Source of the DNA: Bacilli bacterium
Lineage (GTDB): Bacteria; Bacillota_I; Bacilli_A; RF39; UBA660
Direction of reading: 5' to 3'
Length of the DNA: 64,000 nucleotides
Assembly: GCA_017622175.1 (NCBI GenBank)
Contig: JAGARQ010000027.1
Location: 6,416-70,415 of the forward strand
Shown here piece after piece: positions 45,060-54,989 of this stretch (positions are counted from its first letter, which is position 1; the number at the start of each line of letters is the position of its first letter). The position numbers and the translations under genes are program-made. The notes beneath the pieces are model-generated. The model ran no database searches. It was not told where the DNA came from and saw nothing but the letters and a program-made list of their open reading frames with translations.

Positions 45060-46208
45060 TTATTTTTTTTGTAATTCTTTTTCTTTAGTTAATCCATTTT
45101 CTATACTTATTCTTTGAACTAGGGCTAAAGCTATAATTAAGCATACTGTAAAGCTTCCTCCATAACTCATAAATGGTAATGGTACTCCTGTCATTGGTAT
45201 TAAACCAAATAGACCTAATAGATTTACTGCTATATGGATAAAGATATAGACTGCTACTCCAAAGCATATCATAGCACCTTTATCAGTATAACTTTCTCTT
45301 CCTACTTTTAGAATTCTATATAAAATTAAGATATAAGCTAATATTATTCCAATACCTACAATAAGCCCTAATTCTTCAACAATAATTGCAAAAATAAAGT
45401 CTGTATATGGTTCTGGTAAATATAAATACTTTTGAGTTGAATTTCCTAATCCTTCTCCTGTTAGTCCTCCGTTATTTATGGCTATATAACTATTACAAAC
45501 TTGGTTTCCTGATGATAATAATTTATCACATGGATTTTTATATTCGGTTAAACGTTCTAATTGTCTATCTCTAAGTAATGTTCCTCCAGTACCAAATAGA
45601 ATTATGGCACCTAGTAAAACAATACCAATAGCAATAAAACCACTTTTATATTTTAATATTTTTTTAACTGGAGATATCCAGTAGATACTACACATTATAA
45701 CTGCATAGATGATGGTTGTTCCTAAATCCGGTTGTTCAAACATAAAATAGGCAGCTATTCCACCAAGAACTATCGGAAATAAGCTTGGAACATATTTATC
45801 TAATTTTTTTTGTTTCTTATCATAATAACAAGCCATCCAAAGAATTGTTATTACTTTCATAAATTCACTTGGTTGAAGATTAAATATTTTTAAATCATAC
45901 CAGCTTTTTGCATCATTTATTTCTACACCAAATACTGGTAATAATGCTAAAGCAATTAATCCTACTAACATAGCGAGATTTGAATATCTGTCATAAACTT
46001 TTAGAGGAATACAAATCATAATAAATGCTACTATGAGACCTCCAATTAAGAATACAGATTGTTTTAGAAAGTAGTTATATGGACTTACTGCATGTGACAT
46101 ATAAGCAGTTACATTTGATGCAGAAAAGACCATTATTAGTCCTAAGGCAAATAATAATACAGATATTATAAGTAATGGTTTATCTAGATGTTTCATTATT
46201 TTCTTCAT
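45060..46208 (-). CDS. SEDS-family peptidoglycan polymerase (FtsW/RodA/SpoVE)
   Basis: QPDLGTT, PEPYTDFIFA and GVPLPFMSYGGS. Confidence 0.85.
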   Translation of the reverse strand: MKKIMKHLDKPLLIISVLLFALGLIMVFSASNVTAYMSHAVSPYNYFLKQSVFLIGGLIVAFIMICIPLKVYDRYSNLAMLVGLIALALLPVFGVEINDAKSWYDLKIFNLQPSEFMKVITILWMACYYDKKQKKLDKYVPSLFPIVLGGIAAYFMFEQPDLGTTIIYAVIMCSIYWISPVKKILKYKSGFIAIGIVLLGAIILFGTGGTLLRDRQLERLTEYKNPCDKLLSSGNQVCNSYIAINNGGLTGEGLGNSTQKYLYLPEPYTDFIFAIIVEELGLIVGIGIILAYILILYRILKVGRESYTDKGAMICFGVAVYIFIHIAVNLLGLFGLIPMTGVPLPFMSYGGSFTVCLIIALALVQRISIENGLTKEKELQKK

Positions 46209-46291
46209 AACTACTCTCCCTTCTAATATCTAATATATCATATTTTTAGTATTTTGTTTTGGCAATTTTTCTTGGGAGAAGACATTTATGA

Positions 46292-46318
46292 ACAAATTTT
46301 GTAAATTTACATAGTTTA
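46292..46318 (+). promoter_or_regulatory. Possible sigma-K-type sporulation promoter
   Basis: AC, a 16-nt spacer, then CATAGTTTA (the CATAnnnTA pattern), 29 nt upstream of the small ORF start. Confidence 0.3.
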
Positions 46319-46346
46319 TAGTAGATTATGTAAAGGAGGCAATGTT

Positions 46347-46502
46347 ATGTATTACTATGGTGGAGGAAATGGTTGCTGCGGTCAATCATATCAAATGCCT
46401 TACCAATATTGTTGTGGCGATAATAACTCTTCTTATGCTATTGTTTTAGTATTATTTATTTTATTAGTAATTGTTCTTGGTACTAGATGGAATAATAATT
46501 AA
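46347..46502 (+). CDS. 51-aa YjcZ-like tiny membrane (sporulation-type) peptide
   Basis: Not in the track. GGAGG RBS 7 nt upstream; the product is MYYYGGGNGCCGQSYQMPYQYCCGDNNSSYAIVLVLFILLVIVLGTRWNNN. The G/Y-rich head plus the (A)IVLVLFILLVIV tail resemble the YjcZ family. Confidence 0.55.
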   Translation: MYYYGGGNGCCGQSYQMPYQYCCGDNNSSYAIVLVLFILLVIVLGTRWNNN

Positions 46503-46508
46503 TTTAAT

Positions 46509-46535
46509 ACACACGTATAATACGTGTGTTTTTTG
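46509..46535 (+). terminator. Terminator of the small peptide gene
   Basis: ACACACGTA-TAA-TACGTGTGT followed by T6. Confidence 0.75.
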
Positions 46536-46588
46536 ACTTTTAGAGAGAGTTATGTTATAATATGTGGCGTTTTAAGGGGCAAATATTT

Positions 46589-47557
46589 ATGAAGGAATTA
46601 TTAAAACAAGCAGAAAGTATTATTGATAAAAGATTTGATAAAAATGATCCTAATTATGGATTGTTAGTTATGGGATGTTTTGCTTTATTAAGTAAGTTTG
46701 GGGAAGACTACTCTCCTATAGTTGAGAGAGTTATGTTAGAAACTGAATTTTATATTGGAAAGAAACCATTATCAGAACTTTTAAAAGAAGGCGGAATTGA
46801 TGCAGAAGATGCATTTCGTGGCGAAGAGTTTTATGATACTGAAATGACTGTTACAGCAATTTCTTCTCCAGGTGTTTATTTATCAATTGGGGAAAATGGA
46901 AAAATAGTATTTGAAAGAGAAACACCTGCAATATTTTGTACAACTATTGGTGAAGATGCTAATGCAATATTAAATGCATTTGTACATGAAGTAGCTCATT
47001 TAATTAAATCAGCAATTAATATTGTTTATTCTGATGCTCCTAAACATTTTTTAATTAGAAATGGACTTAATATATTTGGTTATTCTTTTGAAAAGAATAG
47101 TCCATTTGAACCAAATGATAACTCTATGTTTGATGAAGTTATTAATGTATTACAAACTTCTGATATGATGAGGTCTGTTAAAGAATTGGATAAAGATTTA
47201 TTAAGTGAAGAAGTTTATAGTTTTTATAAAGAATTAGATTTAGATAGGATTGATTTATTGTATGGATATAATGAACTTACTAGTTTTGTATTACCATTAT
47301 GGAGTAATGATCACTTTAGAAGTTCTATCGAAGATAACATCGTAATTGGAAAAATCGATAGAATTAGAAATGATTTCGATAGTATTATGGGACCTAATAG
47401 TTTCCATTACTATTCTACTTATTTAGATTATGTGGATGGTAATTATGATGATGAGAAATTAATGAATAATATGAGGGACTGGTTTGATAGAATGAATAGA
47501 ACTTATATTATGAGAACAAGAGTACTTGATATGGCAAAAAGAAATAAAAAGCAATAA
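46589..47557 (+). CDS. Hypothetical protein with an HExxH motif
   Basis: FVHEVAHLIKS. The start is set at MKELLKQ. Confidence 0.45.
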   Translation: MKELLKQAESIIDKRFDKNDPNYGLLVMGCFALLSKFGEDYSPIVERVMLETEFYIGKKPLSELLKEGGIDAEDAFRGEEFYDTEMTVTAISSPGVYLSIGENGKIVFERETPAIFCTTIGEDANAILNAFVHEVAHLIKSAINIVYSDAPKHFLIRNGLNIFGYSFEKNSPFEPNDNSMFDEVINVLQTSDMMRSVKELDKDLLSEEVYSFYKELDLDRIDLLYGYNELTSFVLPLWSNDHFRSSIEDNIVIGKIDRIRNDFDSIMGPNSFHYYSTYLDYVDGNYDDEKLMNNMRDWFDRMNRTYIMRTRVLDMAKRNKKQ

Positions 47558-47614
47558 TTACTTTTAATTTCTCTTTTTTTCTGATAAAATATATGCAGTA
47601 ACGAGGTGGTTATA

Positions 47615-48163
47615 GTGATAAGAATGAAAGATATTTTAGATGAAAAGGATAAACGTTTAAGACAAGTTAGTAAAGATGTTGTTTTTCCTTTAACTAAAGA
47701 AGATAAAGAAACAATTGAAAAAATGATTGAATACTTAACAAATAGTCAAATTGAAGAAATGGCTAAGAAATATAATTTAAGACCTGGTATGGGACTTGCT
47801 GCTATTCAACTTGGTATTCCTAAAAGATATTTTGTTGTAGTTAACGAATATGATGAAGGACAATTTGAAACTTATGTAATGATTAATCCAAGAATGATTA
47901 GTAATTCTGTTGAAAAAATTTATGTTGATCAAGGTGAAGGTTGTTTAAGTGTTAATCGTGAAGTTCAAGGTATTATTCCAAGATATGCAAGAGTTACTTT
48001 TGAAGCATATGATATTGATGGTAAAAAGATTAATGTTAGAGCTCGTGAAGAATTAGCAATTGCATTCCAACATGAATTAGATCATTTAAATGGTATGATG
48101 TTTACAGACCATATTGATCCAAAAAATCCTTTTAAAGACCAAGAAAAAATGAGAGCTATTTAG
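47615..48163 (+). CDS. def: Peptide deformylase
   Basis: GMGLAAIQLG, EGCLSV and QHELDHLNG. A GTG start at 47615 is favoured (GAGGTGG 5 nt upstream); ATG 47624 is the alternative. Confidence 0.9.
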   Translation: MIRMKDILDEKDKRLRQVSKDVVFPLTKEDKETIEKMIEYLTNSQIEEMAKKYNLRPGMGLAAIQLGIPKRYFVVVNEYDEGQFETYVMINPRMISNSVEKIYVDQGEGCLSVNREVQGIIPRYARVTFEAYDIDGKKINVRAREELAIAFQHELDHLNGMMFTDHIDPKNPFKDQEKMRAI

Positions 48164-49689
48164 TTCTCATTTTTATTTTGTTTTCTTTTAGTTTTTCTTT
48201 TCTTGGTAGATGGTTCGTCTCTAAATCCTAGTTTACTTTGAACACTTTTGAATGTTTCTTTTGTTAAAGATTCAGTTATAGATAACATTGTATAGATTAT
48301 CATAGGATCATCTCCTACTTTATTTAGCGTATGGTCTGCTAGATGGCTACCTAAAACATATGGATATTCTTCAAAGATACAATGTGGGTGTTCTATTAAA
48401 AAGGCATTTTCTGCATCAATTTTAATATGAACATTATCTTCATTTTGAGTAGCCATTAAAGTATTTAATAAAGTTTTCATTTCTTCTGGTAAATCTTCTG
48501 GGATGGATTCTCTAATTCTATCCATTTTTTCTTTTTCTTGCGTAAAGGTAATTTTTCCTTTAGTTAAATAATCTATTAAGTATCTAAGAGATGGTGATAT
48601 ATCAGTTCTATTACTTATTGTTGCTTTTATTCTTTGTTCTTCTAAGGCAGTAACTTCTTCATCACTATACCCCTTTTCTCTTAAAAAAGCAGTTGCGATA
48701 CGTTCAAAAAATATTGATGGAAATTCTTGTAATGAGGATGGAATACAATCTCCTTTTTCTTTATGCATTATTGTTATACAGTGAACAAATTCATGAATAA
48801 AATACATAAAGTCACTTATGTCATATTCAAGTGGTGCATAAATATATACATTATCTGTTGTTTCAACACATCCCCATTTACTACATGGGTCTGGGAATTC
48901 TTCTCCATATAAAATATTATTATTCTCTTTTAGTTTATTGTATATTTTTAACCATTTTAATGATGGATCAATTTGAATAAAGAATTCTATACATAATTCA
49001 TCTAATTCTTTTTTAGTTAATTTTGGTAATGTTATATTTTGGTTTTTTGAATATTTAAAACGTTCTTGCATGTCTAGTTCTGATAAACGTAATAGTTCTT
49101 CTAGGTGTGTTCTTAAATAGTCATCATGCTCTATACTTTCAAGTTCTAACATATTTTGATATTCTTCTTCAAGTAACATATTTAGTAAATTATAACGTTC
49201 TTTTTTATTTAACCAATTAAAGATTGCTTCTTTTTCTTGGCCTGTTGGATTAAAAATAAAATTTATTAAATCTTTGGGATTATCATAATAATTTGATGCG
49301 ACTACTGTATAAATTGTATTAATGTTTTCGCTTAATTGTTCATCTTTTTCTATTTCACTATCTTCACGTGATGCGATTATGTCGTGTAACATCATTTTTA
49401 GAAAAACCGTTTCAACATCAGTTCCACCTTCTCTATAGACTTGTTGTTTTAACATGTCCATATATGCTGGAATGACATTACTTAATAATTCTTTTAAATC
49501 AGAAATAGAATCAATATAAATTGTTTCTTCGTCATCAGAATCTAAAAATGATATTTCTTTATTTCCTGTTAGAAACATTTGAAATAGCATTTGATTTCTT
49601 TCTAAGATTTCTTTAAGTTGTTCTGCTTCCTGTTTATGTTTTTCATCATATCTGATTGGAAGTACTGTTGTTTGTAACATATAGTTCAT
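48160..49689 (-). CDS. 509-aa hypothetical protein with an HExxH motif (possible M3-like metallopeptidase)
   Basis: FIHEFVHCITI in the C-terminal half. No signal peptide. Confidence 0.4.
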   Translation of the reverse strand: MNYMLQTTVLPIRYDEKHKQEAEQLKEILERNQMLFQMFLTGNKEISFLDSDDEETIYIDSISDLKELLSNVIPAYMDMLKQQVYREGGTDVETVFLKMMLHDIIASREDSEIEKDEQLSENINTIYTVVASNYYDNPKDLINFIFNPTGQEKEAIFNWLNKKERYNLLNMLLEEEYQNMLELESIEHDDYLRTHLEELLRLSELDMQERFKYSKNQNITLPKLTKKELDELCIEFFIQIDPSLKWLKIYNKLKENNNILYGEEFPDPCSKWGCVETTDNVYIYAPLEYDISDFMYFIHEFVHCITIMHKEKGDCIPSSLQEFPSIFFERIATAFLREKGYSDEEVTALEEQRIKATISNRTDISPSLRYLIDYLTKGKITFTQEKEKMDRIRESIPEDLPEEMKTLLNTLMATQNEDNVHIKIDAENAFLIEHPHCIFEEYPYVLGSHLADHTLNKVGDDPMIIYTMLSITESLTKETFKSVQSKLGFRDEPSTKKRKTKRKQNKNEN

Positions 49690-49736
49690 CCTCTTTTTCT
49701 ATTTAATTATTATAGTTTTTTGTTTTATATTAGTCA

Positions 49737-49767
49737 ATTAAAAAGAATTCCCTTTATAGGAATTCTT
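49737..49767 (-). terminator. smc terminator
   Basis: A 9-bp stem AAGAATTCC/GGAATTCTT with the stop codon in the loop. Confidence 0.5.
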
Positions 49768-52708
49768 CATGGTCTGTTAGTTTAACACTTACTAATTTTG
49801 ATACACCTGACTCTTGCATTGTAATACCATATAAAGTATTAGCATATTCCATTGTTTTCTTTTTATGAGTAATTATTAGGAATTGTGTTTTATCTTTATA
49901 ATGGTCTAGATATTTACCAAATCTTCCTACATTTGCTTCATCAAGGGCAGCTTCTACTTCATCGAATAAACAGAATGGTACTGTTCTTACGTTTAGTATT
50001 GCGAATAATAGTGATATTGCTGTTAACGTTTTTTCTCCACCTGACAGAAGCGAAATTGTGGTTAGCTTCTTTCCTGGAGGCGATGCTACTATTTCAATAC
50101 CTGTTGTTAGTAAGTTGTCTGGGTCAGTTAATTTTAAATCAGCTGAACCACCAGAGAATAATTCTTTAAATACAGAAGTAAATTCTTTACGAATAAGTTC
50201 AAATGTTTTAGCAAATTCTTCTTTCATTACTTCATCCATTTCATTCATGATTTCTAGTAATGTATCTTCTGCTTTTAATAAATCTTCTCTTTGGTTTGTT
50301 AGGAATACATATCTTGTATTTACTCTTTCATATTCTTCAATAGCTGCTAGATTTACCATACCAATTCTTTTGATATTAGCTCTATAGTTATTTACTTTAA
50401 CTCTTGCTTCTTCTGGTTCTACATCTAGCTTATATTCATCTCTTGCTCTTTCAAAAGTAAGTTCATATTCTTCATTTAAGATGTTTAACATATTATCAAG
50501 TTTAACATCTATTCTATTCATACTAATTTCTAAATCACGTGATTCTTTTTCTAAATTTCTTAAAGTAGAATTTTGTAATTTATCTTTAGCTTGTTCTTCT
50601 TCTAAATAATTTTTCAAATCATCAATTTCTTTAGATAATGAAGATAACTTAATTTGAATTTGTTCTTTTTCTCCATTCTTTTCATGGAATAATTTAATTA
50701 ATTCTTGTTCTTTTTGATCAATTGAATTGTTACTTATAGAATCAAGAGATTCCCATTCTTTAGTAGTTGTTTCTAAATCTTGTTCTATTGAACGTAATTC
50801 TAAATTCTTATTATCATATTTTTCTTTTAAGGCAACTTTGTCTTTAGAAATATTAAATGCTAATTCTTCTAATTCAGATATTTCTTTGTTTAGTTCTGTT
50901 AGTTCATTTTGTATTTCTAAAAGTTCTTGTTTTAGAAGAGTTTCTTTTTCTTCAGTATGGCGAAGTTCTTGTTTTGTTGTGATAATTGATTTTGCTTGGT
51001 AGATTGATCCTCCTGTCATAGATCCACCTACATTTAAAACATCGCCATCTAGTGTTACTATTCTATATTTATTTTTTATTAAATGAGAAAGTCTTGTTGC
51101 TGCATCAATATCTGTTGCTAGTATTGTTTGTCCTAATTGATTTTCAATTATATTTTTATATTTTTTATTATAAGTTACTAAATCACTTAATACTCCAATA
51201 AAATCATTACTTGATTTTAGAATATTTAAACTATCGTAATCAACATATCTTTCTTTTATTACTGTTAATGGGAAGAACGTTGCTCTTCCTAAACGGTTAT
51301 CTTTTAAATAGTTAATTGCTTTTTTAGCAGAATCTTCATCTGATACAATAATAAAGTTTTTGTTTGATGCAATTGCTACATTTAATGCTTTTGTATATTT
51401 ATCTTCAATAGTTAGAATATTTCCAATTGTATTATGGATACCAGTTAGTGTAGTTGATTTTAAAATGTTTTTTACACTAGCAGGCATATCTCCACCTTGT
51501 TCTATTTCTAATTTTAAATTATCTATTTTATGTTTTATTGAAATAATATCTTGATCATGTTTTGAATAATCATTAGTAAGCATATTCTTTTTTGCTTTAG
51601 CAGTATTTATTTTTTTATCAAGTTCAGTTTGTTCTTCTTCTTTTTTAGATGAATCTAAAATTATTACACGTAGTTCTTCTTGGACAGTTAGAATTAATGA
51701 TTCTAATTTAGATTTCTTTTCTAAAACTAGTCTAATTTCTTCTTTAAGTTCATTTTCTTCTTTTGTTGTTTTACTACGTTCTTTTAATAGATTTTTTTCT
51801 CCATTTAATTTTTCTACTTCTTCTGTAATACGAAGTAAATCTCTATTTAATGATGATTTTTCAAATTCAAGTTTTTCTAGTTTATTTGATAATTCAATAT
51901 ATGAGGCATCATGTTTACTAGATTCAGCTGAAATAGTTAAAATTTCTTTATCTATTTTTTCTTTACGTGTTTTTTCTTGTTCTAGCTTTTGATTAAAATT
52001 TTCAATATCATATGCAAGTAATGCTACTTCATATGTATCTAGTCCTTTTTTATTTTCTAAATATTCTTTGGCTTTTTCTGCTTGGTCTTTTAATGGACCA
52101 ACTTGCATTTCTAATTCGCCAATAATGTCATTTACACGATCAACATTATTATGAGTTCTATCTAATTTACGAAGTGCTTCTTCTTTTCTTTTTTTGTATT
52201 TTAAAATACCTGCAGCTTCTTCAAATATTACACGTCTATCTGTTGCGGAATTACTTAATATTCTTTCTACTTCACCTTGAGAAATAATATTAAATGATTC
52301 TTTTCCCATACCAGAATCTATTAGTAAATTATTAATATCTTTTAAACGACATTTTTCATTATTTAGATAATATTCATTTTCTCCACTACGATATACTCTT
52401 CTTTTAATTGATATTTCTGTATATGGAATATTTAAATAATGGTCTGAATTATCAAATATTAATTCTACACTTGCGACATTTAAAGGGTTACGACTTTTAC
52501 TACCAGAGAAGATTACATCAGCCATAGAACCATCTCCACGAAGTGATTTAACTGATTGTTCTCCTAATACCCATCTTACTGCATCTACTACATTACTTTT
52601 ACCTGAACCATTAGGTCCAACAATACAAGTAATCTTTCCGTCTAATTTAATATCTAACTTGTCGGCAAATGATTTGAATCCACTTGTTACTATTTCTTTT
52701 AAGTACAT
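49754..52708 (-). CDS. smc: Chromosome segregation protein SMC (984 aa, short form)
   Basis: MYLKEIVTSGFKSFADK...GPNGSGKSN, long coiled coils, a hinge, then LSGGEK and LFDEVEAALD. The start is reset to ATG 52706-52708. Confidence 0.9.
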   Translation of the reverse strand: MYLKEIVTSGFKSFADKLDIKLDGKITCIVGPNGSGKSNVVDAVRWVLGEQSVKSLRGDGSMADVIFSGSKSRNPLNVASVELIFDNSDHYLNIPYTEISIKRRVYRSGENEYYLNNEKCRLKDINNLLIDSGMGKESFNIISQGEVERILSNSATDRRVIFEEAAGILKYKKRKEEALRKLDRTHNNVDRVNDIIGELEMQVGPLKDQAEKAKEYLENKKGLDTYEVALLAYDIENFNQKLEQEKTRKEKIDKEILTISAESSKHDASYIELSNKLEKLEFEKSSLNRDLLRITEEVEKLNGEKNLLKERSKTTKEENELKEEIRLVLEKKSKLESLILTVQEELRVIILDSSKKEEEQTELDKKINTAKAKKNMLTNDYSKHDQDIISIKHKIDNLKLEIEQGGDMPASVKNILKSTTLTGIHNTIGNILTIEDKYTKALNVAIASNKNFIIVSDEDSAKKAINYLKDNRLGRATFFPLTVIKERYVDYDSLNILKSSNDFIGVLSDLVTYNKKYKNIIENQLGQTILATDIDAATRLSHLIKNKYRIVTLDGDVLNVGGSMTGGSIYQAKSIITTKQELRHTEEKETLLKQELLEIQNELTELNKEISELEELAFNISKDKVALKEKYDNKNLELRSIEQDLETTTKEWESLDSISNNSIDQKEQELIKLFHEKNGEKEQIQIKLSSLSKEIDDLKNYLEEEQAKDKLQNSTLRNLEKESRDLEISMNRIDVKLDNMLNILNEEYELTFERARDEYKLDVEPEEARVKVNNYRANIKRIGMVNLAAIEEYERVNTRYVFLTNQREDLLKAEDTLLEIMNEMDEVMKEEFAKTFELIRKEFTSVFKELFSGGSADLKLTDPDNLLTTGIEIVASPPGKKLTTISLLSGGEKTLTAISLLFAILNVRTVPFCLFDEVEAALDEANVGRFGKYLDHYKDKTQFLIITHKKKTMEYANTLYGITMQESGVSKLVSVKLTDHEEFL

Positions 52709-52783
52709 ACTGCTCACCCTAATAATTAGTATACAATAAAAGTGATAATTAGACAAATGATTTCTTTATTTTTCAAGGGATTA

Positions 52784-53692
52784 TCAAATATTTTTAACTT
52801 TATATGTTGTTTCAAATATTCTTGGGTTACTACAATATTCAAGAATAAATTTATTTTCTTTTTTGCATATTATTATTCCAATAGTGTCTTCTTCTGTTGC
52901 TTTTTTTATATGCTTATCAATGTAATTTATGTACTTTTGTATTTGTCCAATATGCTCTGCTTTTAGTTCTGTTATTTTTAATTCAACAACTACATAACAT
53001 CTAAATTCAATATTATATAATAGTATATCTATATAATAATATCTATCTCCTATTTTGATTTTATATTCGTTTCCGGCATATAAAAAACCATTCCCTAATT
53101 CTTTTAAGAAATTATCTAAATCTTCTAATATTAATTGTTTCAATATTTTTTCGGATAGATCTTTCGAATTATCTGTTGCGTGAATAATTATTGGATGCTT
53201 TATAAAATCACTTATTTCGGATATGTTATCTTTTTTTAAAATTTTTTCTTTTGTATCTTCACTTATACGTTCATACTCTTTTGATTTTATTATATTTCTT
53301 AATTCTCTTATTGATAAACTTTCTTTTTCTACTTTATTTTTATAATATAGAATTGATTGCATATCTTTAATAGTTAACAATTCACAATAGTGGCTCCATG
53401 TTAATTTGGTCGACACTGTCGACCAATTTTTAAAAGTTATATAAAATTGTCTTATTCGTCTTAAGGTTCTTTCATTATATTCTTTACCTACATCTATTTT
53501 TAACTTTTCTGCATATATTTTAATTAAGTCATTTCCATATTTAGCTCTTGTCTCTCCACCTTGAGCTTCTATAATTAACTTTCCAACTTTATAGTATGTT
53601 TCTATACTATTTTTATTTTTACTATAGTCTTTTATTTTATTATAGATTTTATTATTAATTAGTTCTTGTTTTATTTCATTATAATAGTTCAT
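52784..53692 (-). CDS. YhcG/DUF1016-type PD-(D/E)xK nuclease family protein (intact copy)
   Basis: KLTWSHYCELL, then DILLYN...VVVELKITELKAEHIGQIQKY (a D...ExK-like core). Confidence 0.6.
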   Translation of the reverse strand: MNYYNEIKQELINNKIYNKIKDYSKNKNSIETYYKVGKLIIEAQGGETRAKYGNDLIKIYAEKLKIDVGKEYNERTLRRIRQFYITFKNWSTVSTKLTWSHYCELLTIKDMQSILYYKNKVEKESLSIRELRNIIKSKEYERISEDTKEKILKKDNISEISDFIKHPIIIHATDNSKDLSEKILKQLILEDLDNFLKELGNGFLYAGNEYKIKIGDRYYYIDILLYNIEFRCYVVVELKITELKAEHIGQIQKYINYIDKHIKKATEEDTIGIIICKKENKFILEYCSNPRIFETTYKVKNI

Positions 53693-53834
53693 AAATCACC
53701 TCTTGTGGTAGTCTAACAAAAATATTTTCTATTAACAAATGACACTTTATTAATATTTATTGTTGATTTATGACTATTTTAATTTTTTATATAAGTAAAA
53801 ATATTATATTAATATCACTTCTTTTTTACTTTCT

Positions 53835-54686
53835 TTATTTTTCATAATTTTCACTAAGTAAGTCTTCTAAAGTTTTTAACGAATAGCCCCTACTTTTTAT
53901 ATATTTTATAGTTGTATCTAATTCTTTTTTTGTATTTTCTGAAATTGGTATTGAGATAATTGCAGAGTTAGTTAGTTTTTCTTTTGTTTCTTTAAATAAG
54001 GATTTATTAATAGTTATTGTTGGAATAATTGTATGAAGTTTTAGTTTTTGACATAGATTAATTACTTCTTCTTTTTCATATTCACTATAGCAATATTTTA
54101 AATTTTTATTTGTTAATGATTCTAAATAATCTTTACTTGCTGAAAAAAATATTTCATCATAATCTTTATCATAACTTAGTAATTCTAATTCATGATTATT
54201 CATTGATACTATTTCTTCTGTATTATTTTCTAGATAAATTCCATCTATAAAGAATGTTGCGGGTACATTATTATTTTTTAGTATTGATAATATTTCTTTT
54301 GGAGAAGATGTTTCTACTTTAAAAACCAGTGATATACTTCTTTTTATTGGATTACCACTAATAATATATTTATCATAATAATCATCAACTGAAATAGTTG
54401 GTTCAATATCTTTTAGTGTTGTGAGTATTTCATTATAAGTACCATATTGTTTCATTTTATTATATGTTTCTAAATAGTTTATTTCTTTTCCAGTAAGACC
54501 TGGAATAATTGTATTATCTTTTATTTCCGCATTAACTGCTTGAACATTATATTTTTCATTGGTACTTTTTATTGTTTTCATAATTGGATCTTTTTCTCTA
54601 ACTAATTCAACTGATTTATTTGTATAATAAAAACTAAAAACTGATAGTAATAAAATAAGTGTTACTCTTATAAGTTTTTTTATCAT
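53835..54686 (-). CDS. Polysaccharide deacetylase-like (NodB-fold, YlxY-like) protein, possibly catalytically degenerate
   Basis: An N-terminal anchor and NVPATFFIDGIYL. No clear TFDDG motif. It lies downstream of pnp, like ylxY in Bacillus. Confidence 0.4.
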   Translation of the reverse strand: MIKKLIRVTLILLLSVFSFYYTNKSVELVREKDPIMKTIKSTNEKYNVQAVNAEIKDNTIIPGLTGKEINYLETYNKMKQYGTYNEILTTLKDIEPTISVDDYYDKYIISGNPIKRSISLVFKVETSSPKEILSILKNNNVPATFFIDGIYLENNTEEIVSMNNHELELLSYDKDYDEIFFSASKDYLESLTNKNLKYCYSEYEKEEVINLCQKLKLHTIIPTITINKSLFKETKEKLTNSAIISIPISENTKKELDTTIKYIKSRGYSLKTLEDLLSENYEK

Positions 54687-54734
54687 TTAATCACCTATAA
54701 AAGTATATGAAAAAAAGATTCAAAATTGAATCTT

Positions 54735-54989
54735 TTATTTTCCGTCAGACTCATAATAGGTATGGTTTGCAATTATTATATCTTCTGGATATAAATATTC
54801 TCCTCCAGCTTGTGAATGTAAAGAATTTTTATATAATAGATATCCTTGTGTTGTATATACTTTTATTCCGGCTGTATTATAGTCACTTTCTATCCATTCT
54901 CCCCATGTCATTCCTGATTTTGCGTAAAATGTTTGAGTTGTTTTTAGTGTCGATCTATAAATATTAAAAGTAACTGTATTAGGGGTTGT
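54735..54989 (-). pseudogene. Out-of-frame C-terminal segment of the 217-aa gene
   Basis: Not in the track. The minus-strand frame is open from 54989 to the TAA at 54735-54737 and encodes ...NTVTFNIYRSTLKTTQTFYAKSGMTWGEWIESDYNTAGIKVYTTQGYLLYKNSLHSQAGGEYLYPEDIIIANHTYYESDGK. It has no start of its own near its 5' end and overlaps the upstream stop at a CCCC run (54982-54985). Confidence 0.5.

Noticed and set aside
52784-53692. The two YhcG/DUF1016 copies as insertion sequences or transposases.
   Set aside because: I saw no terminal inverted repeats or target duplications around either copy. The family is a PD-(D/E)xK nuclease family, not a transposase.
54707-54967. An 86-aa plus-strand ORF between the deacetylase-like gene and the 217-aa gene.
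   Set aside because: It is antisense to a much more protein-like minus-strand frame that continues the 217-aa gene. It has no RBS, and its translation is low-complexity (I/L/Y/F).
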